A stretch of DNA of 59,084 nt from an uncultured Chitinophaga sp. (GCA_964592935.1 CAZQGZ010000001.1:1-59084); one strand, 5' to 3'. Shown: positions 38,847 to 48,630, counted from the first letter of the stretch. Translations and numbers: made by a program. The notes: generated from the letters alone by a model not told the origin.

Positions 38847-39329
38847 CGTTGACCGTTGTCTGTTGGCCGATGGCCGTCTTAAAGTTCAATTTTTATTTCA
38901 GATTTGATTTTTCATAATAGCGGATAAGTCCGTTAACAAGTTGCATACATTTATCTATCAGGGGTGAAATTCTGTTAAATACTGCTTCTGAAATTATTTC
39001 AACCATAACTGCAATGTTTAGAAGTGTTTCTACTTCGTAAAGCGAGCCTCTTGAAATATGCAGAAACTTAATCGTATCTTTTTTATAATTGCGGCCTTTT
39101 CCTTCTGCAGTATTGCAGGGAACAGATACAGAAGCTCGTTTTATTTGAGGTGTCAGTCCATAAAGTTCCTCCTTCGGAAAAGTTTTGGTTAACAAATAAA
39201 CTTCTTTTACAAGTTGCATGGATTGTTTCCATGCGTCCAATGTTTTGTAGTTTGACATTTTTTTAGATTTTAAGTTAGAAATGATTGTCAGAACTAAGCC
39301 GGTCAACGGACATCGATCAACGGCCAACT
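38847..39329 (-). mobile_element. four-helix-bundle gene cassette flanked by inverted heptamer arrays
   Basis: CGTTGAC CGTTGTC TGTTGGC CGATGGC (38847-38874) and GTCAACG GACATCG ATCAACG GCCAACT (39302-39329). Confidence 0.7.
38893..39258 (-). CDS. four helix bundle protein (23S rRNA intervening-sequence protein / TIGR02436-like)
   Basis: YKTLDAW, FPKEELYGLT.QIKRASVSVPCNTAEG, FLHISRGSLYEVET. Confidence 0.93.
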   Translation of the reverse strand: MSNYKTLDAWKQSMQLVKEVYLLTKTFPKEELYGLTPQIKRASVSVPCNTAEGKGRNYKKDTIKFLHISRGSLYEVETLLNIAVMVEIISEAVFNRISPLIDKCMQLVNGLIRYYEKSNLK

Positions 39330-39332
39330 TTG

Positions 39333-40331
39333 CTACGGCACATTTATTTTCCTCAGCACATCTTCAATCACATCTTCCACTTTCACATTTTCCGCTTCGG
39401 CTTCATACGTCAACCCGATACGGTGGCGTAAAACATCTTTACAGATACTTCTCACATCTTCCGGGATCACAAATCCTCTTTTATTCAAAAAAGCCTGTGC
39501 TTTGGAAGCCAGCCCGAGATTAATGCTTCCTCTCGGGGAAGCCCCGAATGCAATCAGCGGTTTTAATTTTTCCAGTTTGTATGACTCCGGGTTCCTCGTG
39601 GCAAATACAATATCGAGAATATATTGTTCGATCTTTTCATCCATATAAACCTGGCGCGCCAGCTCTTTAGCCTGGCTCACTTCCTGCAGCGACACCACCT
39701 GTTTGATAACCGGGAAATCACCCTGGATATTCAGGCGCAATATTTGCTGTTCTTCCTGCATTTCCGGGTAATCAACAATTACTTTCATAATAAACCGGTC
39801 CACCTGCGCCTCAGGCAACGGATAAGTTCCTTCCTGCTCCAACGGGTTTTGGGTAGCCAGCACCAGGAAGGGTTCGTCTAATTTATACGTTGTATCGCCG
39901 ATGGTCACCTGTCTTTCCTGCATGGCTTCCAGCAAGGCACTCTGCACTTTCGCGGGCGAACGGTTGATCTCATCTGCCAGGATAAAATGGGCAAAAATGG
40001 GGCCTTTGCGAACAATGAATTCATTTTTTGTCTGGTTATAGATCATGGTCCCGATAAGATCGGCCGGCAAAAGATCCGGCGTAAATTGTATACGGCTGAA
40101 CTTTGCATGAATGGCCTGCGCAAGCGATTTAATTGTTAAAGTTTTGGCAAGTCCGGGCACACCTTCCAGCAATACGTGCCCATTACTGAGCAATCCGATC
40201 AGTAACCGGTCGAGCATATGGCTTTGGCCGATGATCACATGCCCTATTTCATCCCGGAGTTTATCGGTAAACTGGCCCGCATGGCCAATGCGTTCATTCA
40301 GCAATCGTATATCTTCTGCGGTTTTCAGCAT
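39333..40331 (-). CDS. moxR: MoxR-family AAA+ ATPase
   Basis: EGVPGLAKT, RIQFTPDLLP, DEINR, ATQNP, GASPR. Confidence 0.96.
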   Translation of the reverse strand: MLKTAEDIRLLNERIGHAGQFTDKLRDEIGHVIIGQSHMLDRLLIGLLSNGHVLLEGVPGLAKTLTIKSLAQAIHAKFSRIQFTPDLLPADLIGTMIYNQTKNEFIVRKGPIFAHFILADEINRSPAKVQSALLEAMQERQVTIGDTTYKLDEPFLVLATQNPLEQEGTYPLPEAQVDRFIMKVIVDYPEMQEEQQILRLNIQGDFPVIKQVVSLQEVSQAKELARQVYMDEKIEQYILDIVFATRNPESYKLEKLKPLIAFGASPRGSINLGLASKAQAFLNKRGFVIPEDVRSICKDVLRHRIGLTYEAEAENVKVEDVIEDVLRKINVP

Positions 40332-40481
40332 ATTTTAGTATTAATAATTAAAAGTACGAACTTGCTTTAAGCAAATTATCAGCCGAATGATGATTGGCAG
40401 GATTTCCGGCATTATTTTAGAGAGGATATAACTTTCAGAGTCACTAAAAAAACCTTATTTTGTACAAATAATCCTTTGTAT

Positions 40482-40946
40482 ATGAAAAAACAATTTCTTT
40501 TCCTTCTTGTTCTGATTTCGACCCATGCTTTTATTTTTTCATCCTGTAATAAAAAAGACAGTCCTCCTCCTCCTGCCCCAAAAACCAAGACAGAACTCCT
40601 TGTACTTGGCACATGGAAGTTTAAAGGTGCAACTTCCGGCGGTTCCGATATTTCAGGTGCTTTACAGGCCTGCCAGAAGGATAATATCATGACCTTCTTC
40701 ACAAACGGTACAGGATCTGTTGATGAAGGGCCTACCAAATGCAATGCAGGTGACCCGCAAACAAATCCATTTTCCTGGAACTTTGCAAGTGGTGAAACAA
40801 TATTACATGTTTCAGCAACTTTATTTTCAAACACCGGAAATGATTTTACCCTGATTTCATTAACGGAAACTTCATTGGTCGTTCAGATAACGTATGCACC
40901 GCCTATAGGACCCACCTTTTTAGTGGATTTATCTTTCCAGCATTAA
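40482..40946 (+). CDS. lipocalin-like domain lipoprotein
   Basis: Lipobox FSSC, TKTELL..GTWK, C.KDN..F..G...DEG..KC. Confidence 0.8.
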   Translation: MKKQFLFLLVLISTHAFIFSSCNKKDSPPPPAPKTKTELLVLGTWKFKGATSGGSDISGALQACQKDNIMTFFTNGTGSVDEGPTKCNAGDPQTNPFSWNFASGETILHVSATLFSNTGNDFTLISLTETSLVVQITYAPPIGPTFLVDLSFQH

Positions 40947-40948
40947 TT

Positions 40949-42631
40949 TCAGGAAAGATATTTCGCAACGATAGGCACTCTCCTGCCCACACCGAAAGCT
41001 TTGGGAGAAATGCGGATAATGGGACAGAACTGGTTGCGCTTGTATTCGCTGATATTTACCATTCTTAATACCCGGTCAACCAAAGCAGCTTCAAAACCCT
41101 GTGCTTTGATTTCAGCCGGACCCTGTCTTCTTTCAATGTATTGATATAGGATCTTGTCAAGAATTTCATATTCGGGTAAAGAGTCGGTGTCTTTTTGACC
41201 GGGTCTTAATTCGGCCGAAGGGGGCTTTGTAATTATATTTTCCGGAATGATCATTTTATCCCGGTTGATATACTTTGCCAATGCATATACCTGCATTTTG
41301 TAACAATCACCGAGTACTCCCAGGCCTCCCGCCATATCACCATAGAGCGTGCCATAGCCCGTTGCCAGTTCGCTTTTATTGGATGTATTCAATAAAATAT
41401 ATCCGAACTTATTGGCCATGGCCATTAAAAGATTTCCCCTTATTCTGGCCTGCAGGTTTTCTTCCGTCAGCCCGGCAGACAGGTCATTAAAAACCGGCTT
41501 CAATTCAGTAAGAAAACTTTCATAAATCGTATTGATCGGAACTATGTTATAAGGGTTACCCAGGTGATGACTCAATTGCTCCGCATCAATTACTGAATGA
41601 CCGGATGAATAAGGTGAAGGCATTAATACCGCCCGTACATTTTCTTTTCCCAGCGCCTCACAGGCCAATGCAAGTGTTACCGCGCTGTCAATACCGCCGC
41701 TGCTGCCCAGGATCGCTTTGGTGAATCCCATTTTGGTAAAATAATCCCGGATACCCATAACTATGGCATCATGGATCTCCGCCGTACATAACTGATGATC
41801 CAGTTCCGGCGGTATCAATTCCCCGTCCGGAAGATCTTTGGCATACATGATCACCGGGGAATTGAAAGTCCCGTCATCTTTCATCTCAACAAGATCCATG
41901 GCTTCCTTAAACAAAGGAAGTTGTCTGACCAGGTTGGCATTTTTATCGAATACCAATGAGGCACCGTCGAAAACAATTTCAGTCTGGCTGCCCACACAAT
42001 TGCAATAGAGCATGGGTAATTTATATTTCCGGACATTCAGTTTGATAATGGCCTTGCGGTCCTCTACATGTGTATAATCAAACGGCGATGCAGAGAGGTT
42101 GAGCATCACATCCGGTCGCAGCTTCATCAGTTCATCCATCGGGCAATTCCGGTACAAAGGATTATCCCCGAGGTTCCAGATGTCTTCGCAAATGGTTACG
42201 GCCAGTTTTTTCCCTTTAAATTCAAATATTTTCCAATCATAGGCGGGTTCAAAATAGCGGTATTCATCAAATACATCATAATTCGGCAAACAGGTTTTAT
42301 GAATGCTCCCCCTGATTTGCTTTTCATACAGAAAATAAGCGGCATTAAAAAAATCCTTTCCTTCCCGCACGGGGTTTATCTCGGGAGCGCCGATCAATAC
42401 GCCGATGGTATCCGCGTATGGCTTTATCATATCAATGGCCCGGTAACTTTTTTTGATGAAATCATCAAACTCCAGGAAATCCCTGGGCGGATAACCGCAT
42501 ACGCAGAGCTCGGAAAACAAAACCAGGTCGGCCCCCTGCTCTTTGGCCCATTGTATCCCTGCAATGATCTTCCGGGTATTTTCTTCAAAATTCCCGATAT
42601 GATAATTCTGCTGGGCAAGGGCGATCTTCAT
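40949..42631 (-). CDS. nadE: glutamine-dependent NAD+ synthetase
   Basis: Nitrilase domain (ICEDIW) plus SGGIDS, NKSE..GY.TLYGD, PPSAELRP. Confidence 0.97.
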   Translation of the reverse strand: MKIALAQQNYHIGNFEENTRKIIAGIQWAKEQGADLVLFSELCVCGYPPRDFLEFDDFIKKSYRAIDMIKPYADTIGVLIGAPEINPVREGKDFFNAAYFLYEKQIRGSIHKTCLPNYDVFDEYRYFEPAYDWKIFEFKGKKLAVTICEDIWNLGDNPLYRNCPMDELMKLRPDVMLNLSASPFDYTHVEDRKAIIKLNVRKYKLPMLYCNCVGSQTEIVFDGASLVFDKNANLVRQLPLFKEAMDLVEMKDDGTFNSPVIMYAKDLPDGELIPPELDHQLCTAEIHDAIVMGIRDYFTKMGFTKAILGSSGGIDSAVTLALACEALGKENVRAVLMPSPYSSGHSVIDAEQLSHHLGNPYNIVPINTIYESFLTELKPVFNDLSAGLTEENLQARIRGNLLMAMANKFGYILLNTSNKSELATGYGTLYGDMAGGLGVLGDCYKMQVYALAKYINRDKMIIPENIITKPPSAELRPGQKDTDSLPEYEILDKILYQYIERRQGPAEIKAQGFEAALVDRVLRMVNISEYKRNQFCPIIRISPKAFGVGRRVPIVAKYLS

Positions 42632-42723
42632 CGGGCAAATTTACACCCTGCCTAACGATTTAACGCTAATTTTTAAACAGGTAAATTTGCTTTCACAACA
42701 ATTTCAAACCCTTTTCGTTTTCC

Positions 42724-43746
42724 ATGTCAATGAAAAAAACAGGCTTACTCTTACCGGTTATCATGCTGATGGTTGCCTGCAACAGCAAAAAAGGCATACC
42801 CGATGTTTCGGCAATAAAAGTCAGCATTCCGGTTGAACGGTTCGACCGGGATTTTTTCAGCATCGATACCAATAATATCCCCGCGGGCTTACAGAAGGTA
42901 CAGCAACTTCATCCTGATTTTTATCTTGATTTTATGCAGCAGGTCCTTGGGGTCAATGGATCAGATACAAGCAGGAACACCTTGCTTGTCACCCGGGAAT
43001 TCTTACGGGGTTATTTACCCATTTATGATTCGTTGCAGCTGATCTATAAAAAAACGGAATGGTTACAGAAAGAACTGGAACAAGGTTTTCAGTTTGTAAA
43101 ATATTATTTCCCCAGCTATAAAACCGGCAAGGCGATTCTTTTTGTTGGCCCATTTGATGCTCCGGGTGTTGCCGCCACCCATTCGGGAATTGCGATCGGT
43201 TTACAGCAATATGCCGGAAAAGATTTCTCTGTCTATCAATCCACGCAGGGACAGGAAATTTTCCCGCTATATATATCAAGACGATTTTCACCTGAATACA
43301 TTCCGGCGAATTGCATGAAAGCTGTTGCAGAAGATATTTTCCCGGACCAGAGCGGGGGCAAACCGCTAATTGAACAGATGATAGAAAAGGGGAAACAATG
43401 GTGGTTGCTGGAAAAATTTTTGCCAACCACTCCCGATTCAATAAAAACCGGTTACAAAAAATTGCAGCTGGAATGGTGCAAAGAAAATGAAGGCCTGATC
43501 TGGAGTTATTTGGTAAAAAACGAAGACCTCAATTCCCTGGATCCAACCGTCATTCAAACTTATATCGGGGAAGGCCCCTTTACCCAGGGTTTCTCACAGG
43601 AATATTCTCCCGGCAATATCGGCCAATGGATAGGATGGCAGATCGTAAAAAAATTTGCATCCAAAAATCCGGGCATACATCCGGGTGAATTGATGAAAAC
43701 TGATGCCAGGAAGATCCTCGAAGAAGCAAAATATAAACCCAAATAG
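42724..43746 (+). CDS. gldB: gliding motility lipoprotein GldB
   Basis: Lipobox VAC, ERFD, LIEQMIEKGK, WCKENE..IW, SPG.IG.WIGWQIV. Confidence 0.85.
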   Translation: MSMKKTGLLLPVIMLMVACNSKKGIPDVSAIKVSIPVERFDRDFFSIDTNNIPAGLQKVQQLHPDFYLDFMQQVLGVNGSDTSRNTLLVTREFLRGYLPIYDSLQLIYKKTEWLQKELEQGFQFVKYYFPSYKTGKAILFVGPFDAPGVAATHSGIAIGLQQYAGKDFSVYQSTQGQEIFPLYISRRFSPEYIPANCMKAVAEDIFPDQSGGKPLIEQMIEKGKQWWLLEKFLPTTPDSIKTGYKKLQLEWCKENEGLIWSYLVKNEDLNSLDPTVIQTYIGEGPFTQGFSQEYSPGNIGQWIGWQIVKKFASKNPGIHPGELMKTDARKILEEAKYKPK

Positions 43747-43767
43747 AAAATCCATTTGCAGACGCTC

Positions 43768-43860
43768 CCCGCAGATATCGCAGATCTTTTCGCTGATAGC
43801 GCAGATTAATTTCGAATCATACATGAAATCTGCGAGTATTTGATCTGCGTGATCTGCGGG
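43768..43860. repeat. palindromic element, CGCAGAT 9-mer family (copy 1)
   Basis: CCCGCAGATATCGCAGATC ... GATCTGCGTGATCTGCGGG. Confidence 0.85.
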
Positions 43861-43889
43861 AAATAAATTGATTTATCTTTACCGGTAAC

Positions 43890-44945
43890 ATGAAATCGCT
43901 TACCGCTCTTACGGATCCCGTCTACATTCCCAAAACGAAATACAACCTCTATGACCGGCTCTGGCTCCGGATCATGAATGATAAAAGAGACCTGCCTTTT
44001 ATTTACCTGCTAACAACCATACATGTTCTTGTTGTTCCCCTTGCCATACTTTTATATACACCAGTATTGACAGGATGGTGGTGGTGGGCCATGGCCATTC
44101 CCTATTTCTATATCGCGCAATTTTATTTCAAAGGAAGATTTGGCCTGATGTTTCATTGTCTCTGCCACCGCAAAACCTTTAAGGCGCCGTACCAGAAACC
44201 ATTCCATATTTATATTACCTGGATACTCTGTCCCCTGTTTGGTCATGCACCCGAAGGTTATTTCAGTCACCATATGGGCATGCATCATATTGAGAACAAT
44301 ATGCCCGAGGATACCAGCAGCACCATGCATTACCAGCGTGACAGCGCACGGGGATTCCTCGCCTATTTTTTGAAATTCATGCTGGTGGGTGTGATCAACA
44401 CCATCCGGTACCTGTTCAACCGTAAAAGAAAAAAATTATACCAGCGTCTCACCCTGGGCGAATATGCATACTTCGCATTTTGCATTGCCATGTGTTTTGT
44501 AAACTTAAAAGCAACCCTGGTTGTTTTCATTGTTCCGCTGCTATTTGCAAGACTCGTCATGATGCTGGGCAACTGGACGCAGCACTCCTTTGTTGATGCT
44601 GCTGATCCGGGTAATCTTTTTACCAGTTCCATCAATTGCATCAATACGGTTTATAACAGGACCTGCTGGAATGATGGTTATCATATCATACATCATTTAA
44701 GACCGGGCATGCATTACACCGAAATGCCGGATGAGTTTTTAAAAAGAAAAGATGAGTTTGCGGCAAACAAAGCGATCGTTTTTGATGGTATTCACTACCT
44801 GCACATTTTTACCTGGCTGCTTTTCAAAAGATATGATAAACTGGCCGAACACCTCGTCAACATCAATGGCAATATGTTTAATTCGAAAGAAGAAGCGATT
44901 GCATTAATGAAGGAAAGAACCAGGAAAATAAAAAATCAGAAATAA
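43890..44945 (+). CDS. membrane fatty acid desaturase family protein
   Basis: His boxes HCLCH, HHMGMHH and YHIIHH. Confidence 0.9.
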   Translation: MKSLTALTDPVYIPKTKYNLYDRLWLRIMNDKRDLPFIYLLTTIHVLVVPLAILLYTPVLTGWWWWAMAIPYFYIAQFYFKGRFGLMFHCLCHRKTFKAPYQKPFHIYITWILCPLFGHAPEGYFSHHMGMHHIENNMPEDTSSTMHYQRDSARGFLAYFLKFMLVGVINTIRYLFNRKRKKLYQRLTLGEYAYFAFCIAMCFVNLKATLVVFIVPLLFARLVMMLGNWTQHSFVDAADPGNLFTSSINCINTVYNRTCWNDGYHIIHHLRPGMHYTEMPDEFLKRKDEFAANKAIVFDGIHYLHIFTWLLFKRYDKLAEHLVNINGNMFNSKEEAIALMKERTRKIKNQK

Positions 44946-45055
44946 AAAATGAAAAATAAGAAAGTACGCTTCGTAGGGATCAGCTATTGGCAAGAAGATA
45001 AAATAAAAAACATGATACTTTTGGGGATATAAAACCTGAAAGAAATTCAGACCTA

Positions 45056-45083
45056 AGTTCCCCCTTCGGGGGACAGGGGGCCG
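45056..45083. repeat. REP-like short palindrome
   Basis: GTTCCCCCTTCGGGGGACAGGGGG. Confidence 0.55.
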
Positions 45084-45086
45084 GAT

Positions 45087-45473
45087 TTAATTATTCTTCA
45101 TCGGCACGATCATCTCGAAAGAAGGGATACTGACATCGAACATTTTTTTACTGTGCAGGTTTTCCATCTGGTAAGAGCCTTTCATCCGGCCCATCTCCGT
45201 TTTTAAATTGCAGCCGCTCACGTATTGATAGGCTTCGCCGGGCTGAATGATGGGTTGGAGGCCTACCACGCCTTCGCCTTCCACTTCGCGGTTAGTGCCG
45301 TTGCTGTCAAAAATAAACCAGTGACGGCGGTGAAGTTTTACAGGAAATGAATTATGATTTTCCAGGGTGATCCGGTAGGCAAACATGAATTCCGATTGCA
45401 GGGGGTTGCTGTAATCAGACTGGTAGAAAGTTTCTACACTCACTTTTACTCCGGCTGAGATCATACTGGTCAT
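45087..45473 (-). CDS. apaG: ApaG protein
   Basis: FAYRIT, RHW, VEGEGVVG.QP, Y.SGC. Confidence 0.96.
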   Translation of the reverse strand: MTSMISAGVKVSVETFYQSDYSNPLQSEFMFAYRITLENHNSFPVKLHRRHWFIFDSNGTNREVEGEGVVGLQPIIQPGEAYQYVSGCNLKTEMGRMKGSYQMENLHSKKMFDVSIPSFEMIVPMKNN

Positions 45474-45510
45474 ACAGTAAAAGTAAACAAATTATCAGAG
45501 ATAAAAATAA

Positions 45511-45660
45511 AGGAACACGGATGGCACGGATTGGATAGATTATCACGGATTCTTGCCGCTTTACAGATTGCCGGATCTTTTTACAGTCATATACCGAATA
45601 TTCTGCTAAGGAGGATAAAAATCCGTGTAAATCCGTAAAATCCGAGTAATCCGTGTTCCT
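45511..45660. repeat. palindromic element, CACGGAT 9-mer family
   Basis: Perfect 12-bp TIR AGGAACACGGAT...ATCCGTGTTCCT with internal repeats. Confidence 0.85.
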
Positions 45661-45706
45661 GTATTCAATTCGCAGGGCTTAATTTTGCCGACACAAATAA
45701 ATCTTT

Positions 45707-47158
45707 ATGAAGATAGCTGTTGCCAAAGGAGATGGAATCGGCCCGGAAATTATGGATGCCGTTCTAAAAATTTTTAATGCCAATAATGTACCTCTCGAAT
45801 ATGACTTTGTCGAAATGGGCAAATGGGTTTTTGACAAGGGATTTAATAACGGCATGACCCCCCAGGCCAAACAAACCATTGAAGAATTAGGCTTGCTTTT
45901 TAAGGGGCCTATGGAAACCCCGAAAGGAACGGGTGTAAAAAGTATTAACGTAACAGCCCGTAAGACATGGAATACGTTTGCCAATAAAAGAGACTTCAGA
46001 ACACTGCACGGTGTGGATACCGTTTTCAGCAAAGCCGGAATACCGATCGATATTATCGTCGTTCGGGAAAATATTGAAGACACATATGGCGGCATTGAGC
46101 ATATGCTCACCCACGATGTGGCATTGAGCCGTCGTTTCATTACAAGGCCCGGAAGTATGCAGGTGATCCGTTATGCCTTTGAAATTGCCCGTCAAAAAAA
46201 AGCCAAACGCATCACTTGCGTTCACAAGGCCAATATCATGAAGATCACGGATGGCTTATTCCTCGATTGTTTCCGGGAAGTGGCAAAAGAATTTCCGGAT
46301 TTGAAATCCGATGATATTATTGTGGATGATCTCTGTATGAAGCTGGTAACAAGGCCTGATACGTTTGAGGTACTGGTATTAACCAATCTCCAGGGCGATA
46401 TAGTTTCGGATCTCTGTGCGGGGTTAGTGGGAGGATTGGGCTTTGCGCCTTCGGCCAATATCGGCGATCATATTTCCATCTTTGAAGCGGTGCATGGCAC
46501 GGCACCGGATATTGCCGGGAAGAATATAGCTAACCCCACGGCATTATTGTTAAGCGGACTGGCTATGCTTCGTCACCTGGGGCTTACAGAAAATGCAGCC
46601 ATTATTGAAAATGCATTGTTATATACGCTTGAGAATGGCGTGCATACCGGCGACTTTGGCGATAAAAAAATTCCATCGGTGAACACAACTCAGTTTGCCG
46701 ATGCCATCATCGGTAATTTTGGGAAAAAACCTGAAAAGGGAGCCCGTGAGATCATGCCAAACAAACCCGGCACACCCACACCCCTGAAACTGGTAAGCAA
46801 CCCGATGATGATCTCAAAAGAAGAAGACGATGAAATAATAATTGGGGTGGATCTTTTTATTGAAAGCAGCGAACAACCAACCGCCATCGCTGATAAATGC
46901 AAGCGGCATGCAGGTGTAAAATTCAATCTCATCAATATCAGCAATCGAGGCACACAAGTGTGGCCGACAGGTTCTGTTTATACAAACTTAGTTAATCAAT
47001 ATAATGTCCGTTTCGAAAGTATCAATGACGAACCATTAAATCAGCAGGATGTTATTGGACTCTATGTCAGCATGAGCGGCAATTTCAAGATCTGTTCATT
47101 TGAACTGCTGAATAGCTGGGATGGGAAGAAGGCATATAGCCTGGCGCAGGGACAGTGA
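45707..47158 (+). CDS. icd: NADP-dependent isocitrate dehydrogenase with C-terminal extension
   Basis: GDGIGPEI, SINV..RK, RENIEDTY, NLQGDIVSD, EAVHGTAPDIAG, C-terminal YSLAQGQ. Confidence 0.94.
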   Translation: MKIAVAKGDGIGPEIMDAVLKIFNANNVPLEYDFVEMGKWVFDKGFNNGMTPQAKQTIEELGLLFKGPMETPKGTGVKSINVTARKTWNTFANKRDFRTLHGVDTVFSKAGIPIDIIVVRENIEDTYGGIEHMLTHDVALSRRFITRPGSMQVIRYAFEIARQKKAKRITCVHKANIMKITDGLFLDCFREVAKEFPDLKSDDIIVDDLCMKLVTRPDTFEVLVLTNLQGDIVSDLCAGLVGGLGFAPSANIGDHISIFEAVHGTAPDIAGKNIANPTALLLSGLAMLRHLGLTENAAIIENALLYTLENGVHTGDFGDKKIPSVNTTQFADAIIGNFGKKPEKGAREIMPNKPGTPTPLKLVSNPMMISKEEDDEIIIGVDLFIESSEQPTAIADKCKRHAGVKFNLINISNRGTQVWPTGSVYTNLVNQYNVRFESINDEPLNQQDVIGLYVSMSGNFKICSFELLNSWDGKKAYSLAQGQ

Positions 47159-47199
47159 GAGAATCGGGAGTCGTGAGTCAATAGTATTTAATCAACCCC

Positions 47200-47532
47200 T
47201 TACCGTATTATATAGCCATTCTTCAGCAGCCACTTCATCACTTTCTCCCGCTGATCTCCCTGCACAATGATTTCGCCATCTTTCGCAGAACCACCGCTGC
47301 CGCAAAATGATTTTAATTTCTTGCCCAGGTCCTGCAAATCTTCCTCCCTGCCTATAAATCCTTCTATCAATGTCACCGCTTTACCGGCCCGGTGCTTTGT
47401 ATCCAGCCGGACTTTCAGTTTTTGTTGTTCAGGTGGCAGTGTTTCTGTATTTGACTGCTCCGTCTCAAAAGAAAAATGAGGATCGGTGCTGTAAACAAAT
47501 CCTCTTGAATCGGGTTTATTTTTTTTGCTCAT
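47200..47532 (-). CDS. yciH: SUI1/YciH translation initiation factor family
   Basis: VYSTDP, RAGKAVT, CGSGGSAKDGEI.VQGD. Confidence 0.93.
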   Translation of the reverse strand: MSKKNKPDSRGFVYSTDPHFSFETEQSNTETLPPEQQKLKVRLDTKHRAGKAVTLIEGFIGREEDLQDLGKKLKSFCGSGGSAKDGEIIVQGDQREKVMKWLLKNGYIIR

Positions 47533-47546
47533 GGTACTTAGTAGTT

Positions 47547-47633
47547 GAATTGTCTGATGGTTAGATTGTTGGATGGCTATATGGTTTGATGGTTAAGTGT
47601 TAACAATCAAACTATCAAACCATCAAACAATCA
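47547..47633. repeat. 8-mer inverted array element (TGATTGTT family), same as at 2374
   Basis: TGATGGTT AGATTGTT GGATGGCT ... AACAATCA AACTATCA AACCATCA AACAATCA. Confidence 0.85.
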
Positions 47634-48488
47634 TTTAATCATCGCCTTCAGACTCAAATCCAAACTTTTCGCCTGGTGTATCAACGCCCCCACACTCACA
47701 TAGTCCACCCCCGTCTTTGCATATTCTTCAATATTATCGAGATTGATTCCGCCGCTGGCTTCCGTTTCAAATTGTTCGCCAATTAATCCTATTGCTTCTT
47801 TTATTTGTTCCGGCTTAAAGTTATCGAGCATAATGCGGAACACTTTTCCTTTACCAACAGCGATCACTCTTCTCACATCATCAATGCTTCTTGTTTCCAC
47901 TTCTACTTTCAATCCCGGTTTTTTTGTTCTGACATATTCCGCTGCTTTCTCAATGGCTTTTTCAACGCCCCCGCAATAATCAATATGATTATCCTTCAGC
48001 ATGATCATATCAAATAGTCCAAACCTGTGATTGACCCCCCCGCCTATCCGGACAGCTTCTTTCTCCAGCAAACGAAAGTTGGGAGTGGTCTTCCTGGTAT
48101 CCAGCAGCTTTGTTTTATATCCTTTTAACTTATCCGTGTATTGTTTTGTGAGTGTGGCAACACCGCACATCCGCTGCATGCAGTTCAGTACCAACCGTTC
48201 ACATTGCAGAATGGTATGCACATGCGCTTTCACTTCAAAAGCTTTTTCACCTGCCTTCATTCCATCGCCATCTTTTTTGAACGGAATAAAACCAGAAGAA
48301 GGTTCTTTATACCTGAAAATTTTTTCAGCCACTTCCATGCCCGCCAGTATCCCATCCTGTTTTATTTTCAAAATGGCTTTCCCTTTTGCACCGGGATCAA
48401 TACAGGATAAAGTGGTATGATCCCCGTCCCCGGTATCTTCTTCCAGGGCTTCATCAATAAGATGTTTCAATTGTTCATCAAAACTCAT
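47631..48488 (-). CDS. nadC: nicotinate-nucleotide pyrophosphorylase (carboxylating)
   Basis: DTRKTTP, HRFGL.D..MLKDNH, MLDN, EASGGI. Confidence 0.97.
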   Translation of the reverse strand: MSFDEQLKHLIDEALEEDTGDGDHTTLSCIDPGAKGKAILKIKQDGILAGMEVAEKIFRYKEPSSGFIPFKKDGDGMKAGEKAFEVKAHVHTILQCERLVLNCMQRMCGVATLTKQYTDKLKGYKTKLLDTRKTTPNFRLLEKEAVRIGGGVNHRFGLFDMIMLKDNHIDYCGGVEKAIEKAAEYVRTKKPGLKVEVETRSIDDVRRVIAVGKGKVFRIMLDNFKPEQIKEAIGLIGEQFETEASGGINLDNIEEYAKTGVDYVSVGALIHQAKSLDLSLKAMIK

Positions 48489-48541
48489 AGCCGCAAAAGT
48501 ACTGATTCATTTTTTGCTTCCCGGTTGGTAAAAAATTATTT

Positions 48542-48605
48542 CCCGCAGATCATGCAGATCAAAAACACACTGATAGCGCAGATAATAAGCGTATTAATCT
48601 GCGCG
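48542..48605. repeat. palindromic element, CGCAGAT family (copy 2, degenerate)
   Basis: CCCGCAGATCATGCAGATC..CTGATAGCGCAGAT shared with the 43768 copy. Confidence 0.75.
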
Positions 48606-48630
48606 ATAAATCCTAACCTGTTGTATTATC

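Noticed and set aside
41472-41483. Half of the CCTGTCTGCCGG palindrome inside nadE
   Set aside because: Only a 12-nt match with no evident length insertion; could be chance.
45707-47158. C-terminal extension on isocitrate dehydrogenase
   Set aside because: This is a known subfamily architecture, not novel.
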